This document shows positions 50,620 through 63,454 of a stretch of 64,000 nt of DNA, piece by piece. Location: positions 6,448,001 to 6,512,000 of the forward strand of contig OZ336886.1 of assembly GCA_965287045.1 (NCBI GenBank). Reading direction: 5' to 3'. The position numbers and the translations under genes were made by a program. Origin of the DNA: Carcharhinus amblyrhynchos. Lineage: Eukaryota. Every line of letters starts with the position of its first letter. Position 1 is the first letter of the stretch. The notes beneath the pieces are model-generated. The model did no database searches, had not been told where the DNA came from, and worked only from the letters and a program-made list of their open reading frames with translations.

Positions 50620-52920
50620 TCCATTGCCATGGGGGGGCATTTACCAAGGCGGTTGTCACAAATCAAATCTTGCAGGACAAAGACCAAGATGCTTTCATTC
50701 TACATTTTATAAACCTACCGAGTAGATTTAGTCTCTCTTCAATAATACAAAGAAAGGATAAAGAGTTATTACTGAGAAAATCATGGAGAAATGGATATGG
50801 ACTAGACTTGGGACAGCAGCTAAATTCATGATGAATAATGCAGGGGAATTTGCCAATGATGAACACAAACATGAAAGCACAAACATGAATATCGCAGCTG
50901 AAAGATTTTTCAGCAATGGACTCTGTGAAAGGAATCGTGCGATGATCAATGAAATGCTGCACATAATTTTAGCTGATAAACCAAAATCACAAATTCACAA
51001 CATAGGCTATAGGTGATTCATGCAAAGAATTCACTCCAGGTGGTTCAGAAAATGGATCCTCTCAGTTACATTCTCTGGCAGTTAGAAGAATGAAAGGTTA
51101 TCCCACTTTCTAAGATATTTTTGTCTTCTCAGGGAATCGAGGGATATGGGGAGCGTGTGGAAAAATGGAGTTGAAGCCAATGTCAGTTGATTGTATTGAA
51201 TGGCGAAGCTGGCTTGAAGGACTACTCTTGCTTCGATTTATTCCTGCTCCTATTTTTTTATGTCCTTAAGTAATTAGTCCATGTGTAAAATTCAACATTG
51301 CTTTCGTTCTGTGATAGCCCTCCTTCACTAGAAGGTAATATTGGTTCAATTTTCTTTGTACGTTTTAATGTTTTGTAAACAAGCAGACAGGCTTTCATTA
51401 GGCTGAGATCCTTGCAGAAAATTTGGAGAGCGGTGAGGTTTTCTAAAAGACCAGCTGAGACAGAATTTAAATAATATTTAGTATAATATGAAAAAGGGCT
51501 GTAGGGAATGGAAGGCCTTGGTGAGATAGTAGTTCTTGATTGTAAGACATCATTTATCAAACATGGCAATCAAACTATTGAGGTTAATCAGAATAATAGA
51601 AGTAAATGTAAACAAGTAAATCAAAGAGTTAGATATTGAAAAGTGTTTGGAATTTATTCTGAAGTATCAGGTATAAGGGTCAACTAGCCCTACCACACAT
51701 AGGATTTGTATTGAAAAATTCCTTGCAGATGGGACTTGTATGGCTGAAGCAAGGCTAGATCCTCGTGGTTTTGAAGAGTGATGATACAGGTGTTAGAGTG
51801 GAGCAATTCACAGTTGGGAAAGTAATCTTAATCTTTTTGGCTTTTTTAGCCACATAATCGTGAGTCAAGATAAAGTCAACATAAAGTTACATTTCCACAG
51901 GGGTATACTTTCAGAGAGAAGTGTTTTTGTAAGTGTCAAAGTGGCAGCAGATGCAAAGAAAAACTTTTCAGATTAAACAAATACTTCTATGGCCTAAATG
52001 ATACCACCAGGTTGTGGCATTTTTCAAGTGTGATTAGTTTCATTGAAAATAGGTTTGGTTCAACTAAAAATAGATCTTGCAATGTTTTACTGGCAGCATA
52101 AAGGAAAACTGCAAGCAACTGCATAATACATGTCGATTTTTTATGAGGTGATAGTGCAGGATTTGAGAAATGTGTTATTAATAAGATTGAAGTTGAGTTT
52201 AATATTGGGAGTCAGGCTTATGGGCTTATATATTGGTTTAGGCACTAAGCAAAGCAGGTCTGGAAGTTAGACAGACAATGTGAAGCTTGTAAAGCTAGTC
52301 AAACTAAACCAAATACTAGTTTTGATGTGTAGGAATTAACTGCTGCGATGAAATACTCTAAAATAGAGAATGCTTTAAGGGCAAATACATTAAAATAATT
52401 AAATTTTGAGAAATGTTCACTTATGTTTCCATCATTAGGTGGCCCAAAGAACACGAAGGTAGTCATTTTTAATCGATGGTAATCTTCACAAAGAGTTCAA
52501 ACTAGTACAGCTATTTTAACATTTCTGATGACTCAGAATAAGAATGTCCTTTAGCTTGGGAACTAAAAATATTTTAAAAAGTTGTCAAAGCACTCTGGCT
52601 TTTGAAACAGCGGTTCTCATCGAGATAGTGGCATGGGATTCTATTTATCAAACATTCTGAGAGATTCTGTACAATGGCTGTACTGAAAATAGTATCACAA
52701 ATTGAATGTTATGTCGATAACCAAAGCCTGTGGGATAATGCAAATTCTACAAAAAATGAAAGAAATGGTCATGGATTGACCTTGCTGGTTTGAAACGAAT
52801 GCTGGAGACGTAAAATCCTTCAAATTAAAAGGATTGATGCAGGTAATCACCCATCACTTTGTTGAACAAGTTGAAATGAATGTACAAAGTAAGTTTTCAA
52901 GGTCCTATAGGAGGGCTATG
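50620..52920 (+). mobile_element. Ty1/Copia LTR retrotransposon relic (integrase-RT-RNase H), GalEa-like, interrupted by a CR1 end at about 51050-51260
   Basis: Integrase NNAGEFAN..SNGLCERN and HAKNSLQ; RT ARL.PRGFEE at about 51750 and YWQHKGKL; RNase H ECYVDNQSLWDN at about 52703. Integrase-before-RT order is the Copia arrangement. Confidence 0.75.
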
Positions 52921-53251
52921 TCTCAATGTAATATTTTGTTCCAAATATGGAGGTCCTTGATTTCATTTGTTTTGAAATGTTGATCATACATCATAAATTC
53001 TAATTTTTACAAATTGAGGCAAAATTAGTTAGCTGAAATTCATCAGTAAAGGCACAAACAAGTAGACCTTGGTTTTCAGGGCTGTGCCAATCAACTTGCT
53101 CTGAGGATGAATTCAGCAGGGTTACCAGCTAAAAGATGGCCTTTTGATGAAGGAGCGGAGATTTTCTCAGAGTCCTGCATATGAGGAGTGGGCAGCAGTC
53201 CATCAAACTGTGGTGCCTCCTGATTATCACAGAGATATTTTAAGAATTGCC

Positions 53252-54153
53252 CAATAGCAGGAATAAAGAGAACTCAGGTTAAGATAATGAGACACTTTTA
53301 TTGGCCAGGACTGCATAGAGATGTAGTGGAATACTGTAAGACCTGTCAGCTAGTTGGGAAGCCCTAGCTGCCAATTAGACCTATGCCATTGATCCCAATA
53401 TCTGCTTTTGATGAACCATTTAGTATGGTTCTACACAAGACTAAAACTGGGCATCAATATCTTTCAATTATCATGGATTTATCCACCAGATTCCCAGAGG
53501 CAATCACCTTGAAGAAAATCACTGTGAAGGTCTGTGCACAATCAGGACCCTGACCTTCCGGTTGCTTGCCATTTTAACACACGATCCTGCTCCCACACCC
53601 ACATGTTTGTCCTTGGCTTGCTGCAATGTTCCAGTGAAGCTCAATGCAAATTGGAAGAACAGTACCTCATCTCCCAGCACATTACAGCCTTCCAATCTCA
53701 ACAATAGCAGGAATAAAGAGAACTCAGGTTAAGATAATGAGACACTTTTATTGGCCAGGACTGCATAGAGATGTAGTGGAATACTGTAAGACCTGTCAGC
53801 TAGTTGGGAAGCCCTAGCTGCCAATTAGACCTATGCCATTGATCCCAATATCTGCTTTTGATGAACCATTTAGTATGGTTCTACACAAGACTAAAACTGG
53901 GCATCAATATCTTTCAATTATCATGGATTTATCCACCAGATTCCCAGAGGCAATCACCTTGAAGAAAATCACTGTGAAGGTCTGTGCACAATCAGGACCC
54001 TGACCTTCCGGTTGCTTGCCATTTTAACACACGATCCTGCTCCCACACCCACATGTTTGTCCTTGGCTTGCTGCAATGTTCCAGTGAAGCTCAATGCAAA
54101 CTGGAAGAACAGCACCTCATCTCCCAGCACATTACAGCCTTCCAATCTCAACA
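53252..54153 (+). repeat. Tandem duplication, 450-bp period, 2 copies
   Basis: caatagcaggaataaagag at 53252 and 53702; the ORF track shows identical 61-aa ORFs at 53519 and 53969; two substitutions seen. Confidence 0.95.
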
Positions 54154-54600
54154 TCTAATTCAACAGCTTCGGATGATTAACTCTACCCCACCTCGTCCCC
54201 TCTGTTTTCATTTCATTTGATTTTGTAACCGTTCTCCACCTCTTACTTCTTTATTGCCTTTTCTTATTTCTTTTCCCCCTTCTCTTCCCCCTATTTTATT
54301 CCCCTTTGTTTCCCCTCCCCCCTTTTCTCAATTTTCCCTCTCTCCCATCCATCCACCTCCCCCCCACACCTTCATCTGTCACAGCTTACCCTCTGATTTC
54401 AGCTTCTTGGCCGTTTGGTCATTCACACCTTTTATTCTTTCTATGGACTGCCATTAGCAGCCTTTCGCCTTGTTTTTGTGGCTATGGCTCATCTTTCATT
54501 CCCGGCAGTATAAATATCTCCCTTTTAGCATTGAAAAAGGGTCATCTTCCCCTTACAGGTGCTGCCAGACCTGCTGAGATTTTCCAGCAATTTCTTTTTG
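53981..54600 (+). mobile_element. Penelope-like element 3' fragment inserted in the Gypsy integrase
   Basis: DPDLPVACHFN..CKLEEQHLI (C-terminal GIY-YIG region), pyrimidine-rich tract and terminus tgctgccagacctgctgagattttccagc. Confidence 0.8.
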
Positions 54601-55497
54601 GTAATTGACGGGTTGATTTGTTTCTCTACCAGATATGGGTTGCCCAAGAGATTCAATCTGAAGGATCAAACTTTATGTTGAACATATTCAAGGAGGCAAT
54701 GCATAGTTTGGGAATTAAACAGGTTAATTCACCTGCTTATAACCCCCAGACCCAATAGGCTTTGGAGAGATTCCATCAAACCCTAAAAACATGATCAGGG
54801 TCTATTGTATACAACATGTTGAAGATTGGGATAAGGGAGTTTCATTTTGTTACTCGCTATCAGAGGCGCATCCAACAAATCCACAGGATTTAGTCCTTTC
54901 TAGTTAGTCTCTGGGCACAAAGTGTGGGGCCCACTTAAATTCATCAAAGAAAGAATCACTGCCTGGAAAGAACAAATCATGGTTTTTGATTGTGTCCAAC
55001 TTTAGAGAGAAGCTGTCAAAAGCATGTGCTATAGCTTGATAGCATCTTAAGATTTTCCAATGAAAGACGAAAGGCCAAGTGGATAACAGAGCAAAAGCTC
55101 GATCTTTTCCACCTGGGATAAGGTATTGGTATTATCTTTGTTGGGTGAGCCACTGAAGGCTAAACTTAGTGGCCGATACTATGTTAAAAGAAAACTCAGT
55201 GCAGTAAATGATGTGATTTGTACCCTGTTTAGAAGTATGTGCCAAAGTGTATGCCATATAAATATGCTAAAGCCTTGCTACGACTGGGAAGCTGGTCAAA
55301 CCAGCTACTGTACTTTTGGTTATGAAAAAAGGAAAAGAAGAATTTCGATACAATGAAGCAGAGTTAGAAGCTTCTCCAATCAAATCCCCATTTGCAAAAT
55401 TTGCCAATACAGTGATTAGAAAATTTAGATAGTGTATGACATCGTCTTCCAGAAAAGTCTAAACGTGGCTTAACCAAAATAAAACAGGAAATTGGGG

Positions 55498-56227
55498 TGT
55501 GTCCCGGGCAAAAGGGGACGGGCTGCAGGGCGCGGCCCAGACAACCATAGCAGGCTCCGTGGCATGCCCCAGGCAACCAGAGCAGGCTCACTCAGAGGAT
55601 GGAAGTCATATATAGTTGGAAACAGCCAGGAGACAGGACTTTGGAGCAACTTGGGGACAATGCCAGCTCAGTTCTATAGCAAAGAATTGGGATTACACCA
55701 GTAAGAAGGTTTGAAGTGCCGAATCAGGAATCTAGGGGAGATGAGATTGAAACCCTGGGAGGTGAGTAGTCATTGAGGGCATTCTAGTGGGAGAAAACTT
55801 TGTGCAGAGCTCCAAGGAGATATCTTCAAAGGTGAAGCTAGGAATCCATTGTAAGACAGATTTTCAACAAGATTGTTTGACTTGGTTTTTATTGACATAC
55901 AGACAGATTCTTGAAAAATCCATGGACTTTGTCTTGGTTGCATCTGTCATTTACTCTGTAGTCTGTGTATTTGACCACAGTTCATCTGTTAACTCACATG
56001 CGCCTCATACTTATCCTGAATGTTAAGGGTGCAAGATACATATTGTAAATTGTTTTATCTTTCTGACCTTGTACAGTAAAGTTTATTTTTGTTTATTCAG
56101 AACTCACAGAATCTGTGACTTACTTCCAAAAACAGGTGTCTAGTCTTTATCTACTTCAAACGAAACTTTATGGGTCTTTAACTGGATCTCGCCCATGTCC
56201 CCCAGGGTCTGGCCAAGGATTGTAACA
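55498..56227 (+). mobile_element. Probable 3' LTR of the Gypsy element
   Basis: Purine-rich tract ending ggaaattgggg precedes TGTG; ends tgtaaca; lies downstream of the integrase; no partner LTR seen. Confidence 0.55.
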
Positions 56228-58321
56228 ATACTCAATTTCCTTTTGAGAGTTATGACTGAAGTTGCTTCCATCCTCCTTTTCAAATATTACATTCCAAATC
56301 AGAACAATTCATTGCCTAAACAAATCTCATCTTGCCTCTGGTTCTTTTGTCAATTACCAATACTGTCCTATTTCAGGCATTCTGAGAGTACCAGGCATCT
56401 TAGGCACTAAAGTTGTTAAAACATATCTTCTGTAAGTGTAGACTATTGCACTCAACATTTTAATCAGTTTTGCAAAACTATTTCATAGCTGGATAATGAC
56501 TGTGCTCCAGCTTTTCGTGTAGGCTCATGAATCTCGTCTTCTCTTGAACCCATAAAGGAAATTCTCTTTACAGTGCACCTTCCGCCAACTGATTCCAAGC
56601 CCTTTATTCTTTTATGTACTATATCAAGCACAAGTTTCCTGCCTAAACGTTGAATAAATATTACAGTGACATACCAGATAAGTCCTGCTAAGTTAGTAAA
56701 TAAGAGCTTGTGCACTTCTGTCAAACATTATGATGAAGGGAATACAAGAGATATCTCAGAACATGTGAAAATGAGGGACAGGATAAGAGACCATGTTTCC
56801 ATTGATCTTGTCTTGTACATTCATGGTGCAACCTGACAACATGTCCACCATAACCTTCCACCTCTCCCTCCACTCTGCCTTCATTTCACTCCCATTAGCC
56901 CAAGTAATCATGTGAATAGGCAAAAGAAAAGATTTGATAAAAAATTCTAGCTTAAGGGAGGGGAAACAAAATTATGAAATTTTTTCCTGATCCTCCGAGG
57001 GATCTAAGTTGTCACAGTGGCCCAGAGACACATTGACCAATACTCCATTTTCACAAAGTGCATCAGCCATGGTAATGAACAGATCCAGCACCCTTCTTAA
57101 CCCTAGGGGATTTTCACAATGACTTCATTGTAGTGTTAATGTAGGCCTACTTGTGACATTAATAAACAAACAACTTTAATGCCGGCAACTTGTTCCAAAA
57201 AATCAACAACTCTGCGATAAAAAAGATCTCGCCAATTAGTTCTGTGTTTAAGTAACGCAAACCAGGTCCCTTGGTCATCTTTAACCAACCCCCCCATCTT
57301 AAACAATATACTTATTAGATCAAATCAAATCCCTTCATTATTTTGAAGATCTCAATTCAAATCTCCTCAAAAGTCAATGTTTGGGATTTCCCTCCCTCAC
57401 CATGGTGTGTTTTGTGATGGCAGGAGACAGCGCACAGCTTGCAGGCAACCAGATCTTTTCGCCCCGCCGTTATCAACAAGGTTTCATGACAAGTTGATGT
57501 CTCTGATTATTTGAAGGAATTTTGCAGTGGCTTTGATTACTCATATGCATTAATGTGAAAGGTAAATTTCTTAAGTTGAATATCATTGCGAGTACACGAA
57601 GCATTTATATATATATATAATGTTTCTATTATCGTTATTATTTAAGTGAATGAGAGATGAGGGAGGGAAAAGAAAGAGAGAATTGAGGATGGAGAAAGAA
57701 ATCAGTGACACAAAGAATGAGTGCCACAGAGAGAGACGGCAAGAGAAACTCAACAGAAGACAACGGCTGGAATTTTACCACCTCATCCGTCTCAGAAACG
57801 GGGCAGGTGAGGCTTGCAGAACAGCATTCTCCATTGGTCTCAGGTGAGATCTTACGAGTCTCGGGCAGGCGAGGTGGTAAAATTCTAGCAAATGACTTGG
57901 CAGCATGGATGGAGGAAGAATGATGCTGCATTTTATATTTCATTATTATTTCCTACTTGTAGGATTGGACTGGTTCTCAAGATTTCATATTTCACCTAGG
58001 TTACAATGTGATGACATCTGTTGTGATGACATCATAAAAGACCATAGTAACTACAAAAGCTATTCCCTCTAAATGACATTTGCTTTAAGACATGCCAAGG
58101 TATTTCAAGTTTAGTTGGTTCACAAGAAGACTAAGGAAGTTGAGGAAGTCAAGGAGGAGTTCATCTTTTTCAGTCTTACTCCAATTTATACTAAGGAAAA
58201 TTCAAAACACCCCTGAGTATGAAAGAGTAAATGACATTGATCTTGAAGAAAAGCCTCTCACTGTGGCTGAACAGTTACAACTAGGGCGCTACTGACACTG
58301 AGGAAGATAGAGAACTGGTAC

Positions 58322-58466
58322 CTGATCTTCATGTAACTAATAATGGCCTTGGCTTGGTCGACAGTGAAGAATTCTCCGCTTTCATTCTTTTCTAAACTTG
58401 TCTGAACAACATCAGCCATGATTTTCTTGAGTTCTTTTAAATTATCCAGCAACGGCAAGTGTTTCT
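58322..58466 (-). CDS. CABCOCO1: CABCOCO1 orthologue exon (145 nt)
   Basis: Acceptor tttattgcag|AG and donor AG|gtacca. Translates EKHLPLLDNLKELKKIMADVVQTSLEKNESGEFFTVDQAKAIISYMKI (cf. QANAIIDYLKIS). Phase 1 in, phase 2 out, fitting both neighbours. Confidence 0.9.
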
Positions 58467-60975
58467 CTGCAATAAAGCACAGCATTGAGTGAGCGACCGA
58501 TTGATTTACAAGATATTCTATTTCATACATAATGACGACACATTAAGCTGACTGTAATAAACAATTTTTAAAAGCCTGATTTATCAACCATCAAATTAAA
58601 GATGTTGCCTTTTATAAATGTGGCATCAAACTTGTATTAATTGAATCATAACACAGTAAGATTAGCTTGATCATTATCTTTCCACTCGTCTTAACCAACT
58701 ACTCTATTTGAATTGTTATTTTCTTACAGTTAAATCTGAGAAGGTGAAATCCACTTAAAAGAATTGGCATCATCTCTCCCTGTTGAGAATCACATCAGTA
58801 GTTGAGTCACACATATGAGATGTTCCTAGGTTTTATTCCCAATTGGTCTTGGGCATGTCACTAGCAAGGGTATTATAATGGGCTTCGACACCATTTAGAG
58901 AAGGGAGAGGTTGGACAGGGACCCTGCTCCTAATCCCTATTCCATGAGCCTGTTAGAATGCACATGTGTGTGTATGAAGTCAGACTTGAACTTGGCTCTA
59001 AAGTGTCCACAGACCAACAACTGGACATCAATTGTTGAGGTTCTTAATGGCCACTTGGGTAAGGTACCAGAGGCCACAAAATGACTGTGAAATGCTACAC
59101 CAGCAATGAGTCAAGGACTTTGCAAAAAGTAACAGAAAGAAGATTCAGGTGATAAAGGAAACGAGTGTCACTATTTAACAATTCTCGGGTGCTGTCATTT
59201 GGAGTCAGCAGGTCATGGATTCAAACAACATTCAAGACTTCAACAATATCTAGGCTGACACATCAATGTTCTACTGAAGGAGTACTGCACTGTTGGAGTT
59301 GGCATTTTTCAGATAATGCCAAGGTCCTGACTGCACTTGCAGTTGTTTCCTAATAGAGACACTGTGTGGCCCACAACACCAAACTGACTCATCTTCTCAG
59401 CATAACACTCAATAGCTCCAGAACACATCTAATTGCCATTTGAATCCATTTACACATCTACTTCAATGACCTTTGTTCCACAATTCCATTATCTTTTGGG
59501 TGGAGGAAACTGTCCCTAATTTTGCTTCTTACACCTAAATTCCCTATTTTATCTTAATTCCTGGTATAAGAGCCCTTCAACATTGAAAACAATTTATGAG
59601 AGCTAATTTTGTCAAATTCCTTCCTAACCTTGAAGGTGTCAGCCTAGGAGTAGCTCCCTTGCCTCTGAATGAGAAGACTGTGGGTTCAAGTCTCACTCCA
59701 GAGTTGAACAAAATCTAGGTCTGCCTCTCAGGTGTAAGTGATTCCATGACACACACAATGATGGGGTGAGTGAGAATATGACAGAAGTGGCTGAGAATGA
59801 GCGAGCACACATTGAGACAATCAGGAGCAGAGAGAGGAAGTGCAAAGTGACACAGAAGTGAAGGAAGGGTGACGGAGATAACCACAAATGGAAAGAGAGA
59901 TAAATGGAAGACAGGAGAGAGGTTGATTGCTTTTGGTGGTGCATGACTGTATTTTAATATTTTCTATTACACGTACGCAGAGACGAGAATGTTATTTAAG
60001 TGAACTGCAAACAAAGCTTTATCCTCAGTGTTCTGAATGTCTGAGTAACTCTGTGCCCCTCTGACAGATCGAGAGAGCCTAGTGAACTCAAGTGCTTGCA
60101 TCAGATTTCTTTCCCTCGCTCCATTTTGCTAGTACTTCTGAATCTAAGCCCCTCACCCAAAGCCTAGCTATCACAAAAAGTTCTTTCAAGCATCAGCCCA
60201 TAATCCCACTAAATAATCCTGGTCTCCAACATTCTCAAATCCTAACCTACACAACTGAGACAAGAGCAAAATACTGCAGATGAATAACTCTCAGATCTGG
60301 CCTCGCCCTGTCCTTAGCCACTCTTTTCCAGACAGCAGCCCACCCCTTTCGACGCTACAACCTCAAATCCGTTTTTCGTCCCTCAACTCAATTTATTTCC
60401 TCCTGTCACTGTGGAAGTGAAGAAGTAACCTCAAGACGGGGCATGTTCAGATCTGACTGATCACCAACAGATGGAGCAATTTTGCTTAAACATACGGATT
60501 CCACAAAAAAAACCTCCTCTTCACTGCAGCAAAAAGCATAATCAAAATGGAACCACTTCTGTAAAATAACTTTTGTTAAATAACTTTAAATTTTATCGGA
60601 CTAAATATAGAGGAGATTTATTTCCAGATGCATTTTCTGTGAAAATCCATGGATTTCGGCATTATTGGCAAATCAAGCTGAGAAAAGGAAAAATAAATGT
60701 TCCAGGTGCAACACTCAGTGCTGTTGCAGGAGGGCAGGGATTTACATTTACTTTTTTCATGGAAAGAAAGACTTGTATTTAACCAGTTTTCTTATTATAT
60801 CTCTCAGAAATGATTCAAAGCATTTCACACACAATTAACCATAATGAAATATAATGGTATCTATTAACTAAGGTAGGCTGACAGTGGCACATGTTCTAAT
60901 TTGATGAGAACAAGTTTCTGCTGAATTGCTTTACTCCCTCCTCACTGATCATGCATCAATTTAAATCACACTTAC

Positions 60976-61145
60976 CACTGATGTTCTCCAAAATAATTTT
61001 TAATAGAGTCATGAAGGTAGATTTTTGCAGCATTGTAAAATTCTGCTCTTTTGACCACCAAAATCCAGAAACATAATAATCTAAGACGATGCCTTCTTTC
61101 AGGCAACTCTGGTAGGATTTGAACTGTAGAATTTCTGCCAATGGT
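60976..61145 (-). CDS. CABCOCO1: CABCOCO1 orthologue, first coding exon visible in window (170 nt)
   Basis: Acceptor ttcgtttaag|A and donor G|gtaagt. Translates PLAEILQFKSYQSCLKEGIVLDYYVSGFWWSKEQNFTMLQKSTFMTLLKIILENIS, resembling the CLKDAILLDYYVSGF motif recalled from vertebrate CABCOCO1/C10orf107. Phase 2 in, phase 1 out. Confidence 0.9.
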
Positions 61146-61391
61146 CTTAAACGAATAGACAAATAGAGAAGTTACAACACGTTGAAATAACATTCGACGG
61201 GAAACAATTTCACAAGTAACGTACATTTTAAAATACAATTAATCGGAATTCAGCACAATTGAATAACACTGAATAATGGTGTAATATATTTGTTCAGATG
61301 AAGGCCTTTGTTGGGTAAAAACAAGACATTATTATGTTTTTGATTTGGGTAAAAGTAAAGAACAAAAGCAAAAAGAAGGTGCAAGTTAAAG

Positions 61392-61560
61392 AAAAACACA
61401 GCGGATGCTGGAATCTGAAACAAAAAACAGAAAATGCTAGAAAATCTCAGGTCTGATAGCATCTGTGGAGAGAGGATAGAGCCAACGTTTTGAGTTTGGA
61501 TGACCCTTCATCAGAGCTTTGTTGGACTCTGCTGAGATTTTCCAGCATTTTCTGTTTTTG
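61392..61560. mobile_element. Inverted pair of Penelope-like termini with decayed hammerhead core
   Basis: aaaacagaaaatgctagaaaatctcag ... ctgagattttccagcattttctgtttt inverted repeat; minus-strand CTGATGA at 61508-61514. Confidence 0.7.
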
Positions 61561-62074
61561 AAGAAGGTACATTTATTTAGTGTCTTCCATAACTTCAGAT
61601 AATCCCAAAGTATTTTACAGTTAGTCAAGTACTTTTGAAATGTAGTCACTATTGTAGGAAAACAAGGCAGCCAATTTAAGTTCAGCAAGGACCTCCCAAT
61701 GAGGTAAATGAGCAGGTAATCTATTTTGTGCTAAAGCAAATCACTGCAGATGTTGTAAATCTGAAATAAAAGCAGGAAGTGCAGTATATACTTAGCAGTT
61801 CAAGCAGCACCTCTAAAGAGTTAACATTTCAGGGTGATGAGCTGCTGAAAGGTCATTGCCCCAAAATTTTAACCCTGCACGGTAATTGTCAGTTTCCCAT
61901 TACCAACACTCTTTATTGTGAGCCAAAGGAAAAGGCCATTCCTGTGGCTTACAGTCAGGTAGTCTTCACCCTCGGGATTTACAACCCCAATCCTGGTAAA
62001 GTCACAGGCTTAAAAGCCTCTGCTGGTTACTTCCCGTTGGACGAGCCTCTGCTGGCTTAGTAAGGCAGCTTGTC

Positions 62075-62330
62075 TAAATTTGCAGAATTCAGCTAATTTC
62101 TGCAACCTAGCCAAGAACTTAGTGACAAGTTCCCCATGGGTTCTTCCGGTCATGTTGAAGCAATTTGTTATAGAATCACAGAGTTTTGGATCATAGCAGT
62201 TTTTTTTTACAAGGTCTACTAATTCACTTGAATCAGAGTCGGTCAGACTTCTCATCATATTATGTCACATGTACCTTTAAGTGTACCTTTAAGAGTTTTT
62301 TAAATTCATGCTCACAGCCTCAGGTGATGT
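62075..62330 (-). mobile_element. Gypsy gag-like relic
   Basis: ORF 62010-62258 has ELVDLVKK..YDPK..GELVTKFLARLQKLAEFCKF, resembling retrotransposon gag capsid motifs. Confidence 0.55.
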
Positions 62331-63137
62331 CATTGTTGGTAGAAGAAAAGAAAACTTTGTGGATAGGTCAGGTGACAGGGATTTCATCTTCAGTTTCAAT
62401 TCTTAGTTTTAGAAGGGACAGCAAGCAAAAAGAAGTGTTTTCCCTCTCTCCCTGTTGTTTTGAAAATTCTGTTAGTTAGCTGAAAACAAGATCTTGTTTT
62501 CCTAAAGGGTGAAAATCTGCTATTGTTGGAGGCTGGATCAGAGGCCCTCTGGTGTTTTGGGAAATTGTCTTGTCTGTTCTGAGTCTCAAGAGCATATGAT
62601 GCAGAATTCAACTAACAGCCTTGATCCCAGTATCATGTGAGCCTTAGTTTATACTGTGTTGAACCTATAAAAAAGGTCTTTTGTCTATGCGATTGGTTTG
62701 ATTGGAACATTGTAGAATTCTTTGTTTAGGGTTATACATTATCATGATTCTTTGTAATTGATAAAAAGTTCTTGCTAATTTTCTTACTATACATGTTAGC
62801 TGTATTCATAAATTAACTTTGTTTGATAAAAGCTCCCTAGTGGGTCACTTGAATCATACCCAAGGTGAAACATCTCATGCCTATTCTAGCCAAATTCAAG
62901 ATGCAAAACTTATGATTCAGACAGGCTTCATAAAACATTTGGATTTTTAACCTGAACCATAACACAATGAAAGTTGATGCCCTGCATCTTGTTAGCAATA
63001 TCACTTTTCACTTTTTGTCTCCTTCAATGTTGTTAGCATGTAAAAAGTAAAGTATGTATTCTGTGTATTGGGCCCAGTCTTCCCCACTGATGTCACAGGG
63101 CTCACGTTTCCGAACAGGCAATATGGCTTTTTCTTAA

Positions 63138-63325
63138 CATAGAAACATCGAACAGTACAGGCCCTTCAGCCCTTGATGTTATGCCGAGCTTTGTCCGAAA
63201 CCAAGATCAAGCTATCCCACTCTCTATCATTCTGGTGTGCTCCATGTGTCTATCCAATAACTGCTTGAAAGTTCCTAAAGTCCGCTATCACAACAGGCAG
63301 TCCATTCCACACCCCAACCACTCTT
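63138..63325 (-). mobile_element. CR1 LINE 3' end
   Basis: catagaaacat..tacaggcccttcagccc tail and ccattccacaccccaaccactct (RVVGVWNG on minus strand). Confidence 0.65.
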
Positions 63326-63454
63326 TCAGGAGAAATTCTTGATGTTCAAAGGTTGTCCAGAGTAAATGATAGAGGAAGTAGTAATTCAGCCAAATGTCAG
63401 TTTCCCATTATCGTGCACCAAATGAAAAGGCTGCTCACCTTAGAAAGTTATGAA

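Larger units (their letters stand above)
53130..55335 (+). mobile_element. Ty3/Gypsy integrase relic, interrupted by a Penelope-like fragment
   Basis: VHQTVVPPDYHRDILRIA, HFYWPGLHRDVVEYCKTC, MDLSTRFPEAITL, then RYGLP..IQS..GSNF, ALERFHQTLK and DWDKG. Confidence 0.85.

Noticed and set aside
62637-62963. Possible short solo LTR (tgtga...cataaca)
   Set aside because: TG..CA ends are present but no TSD or second copy could be identified.
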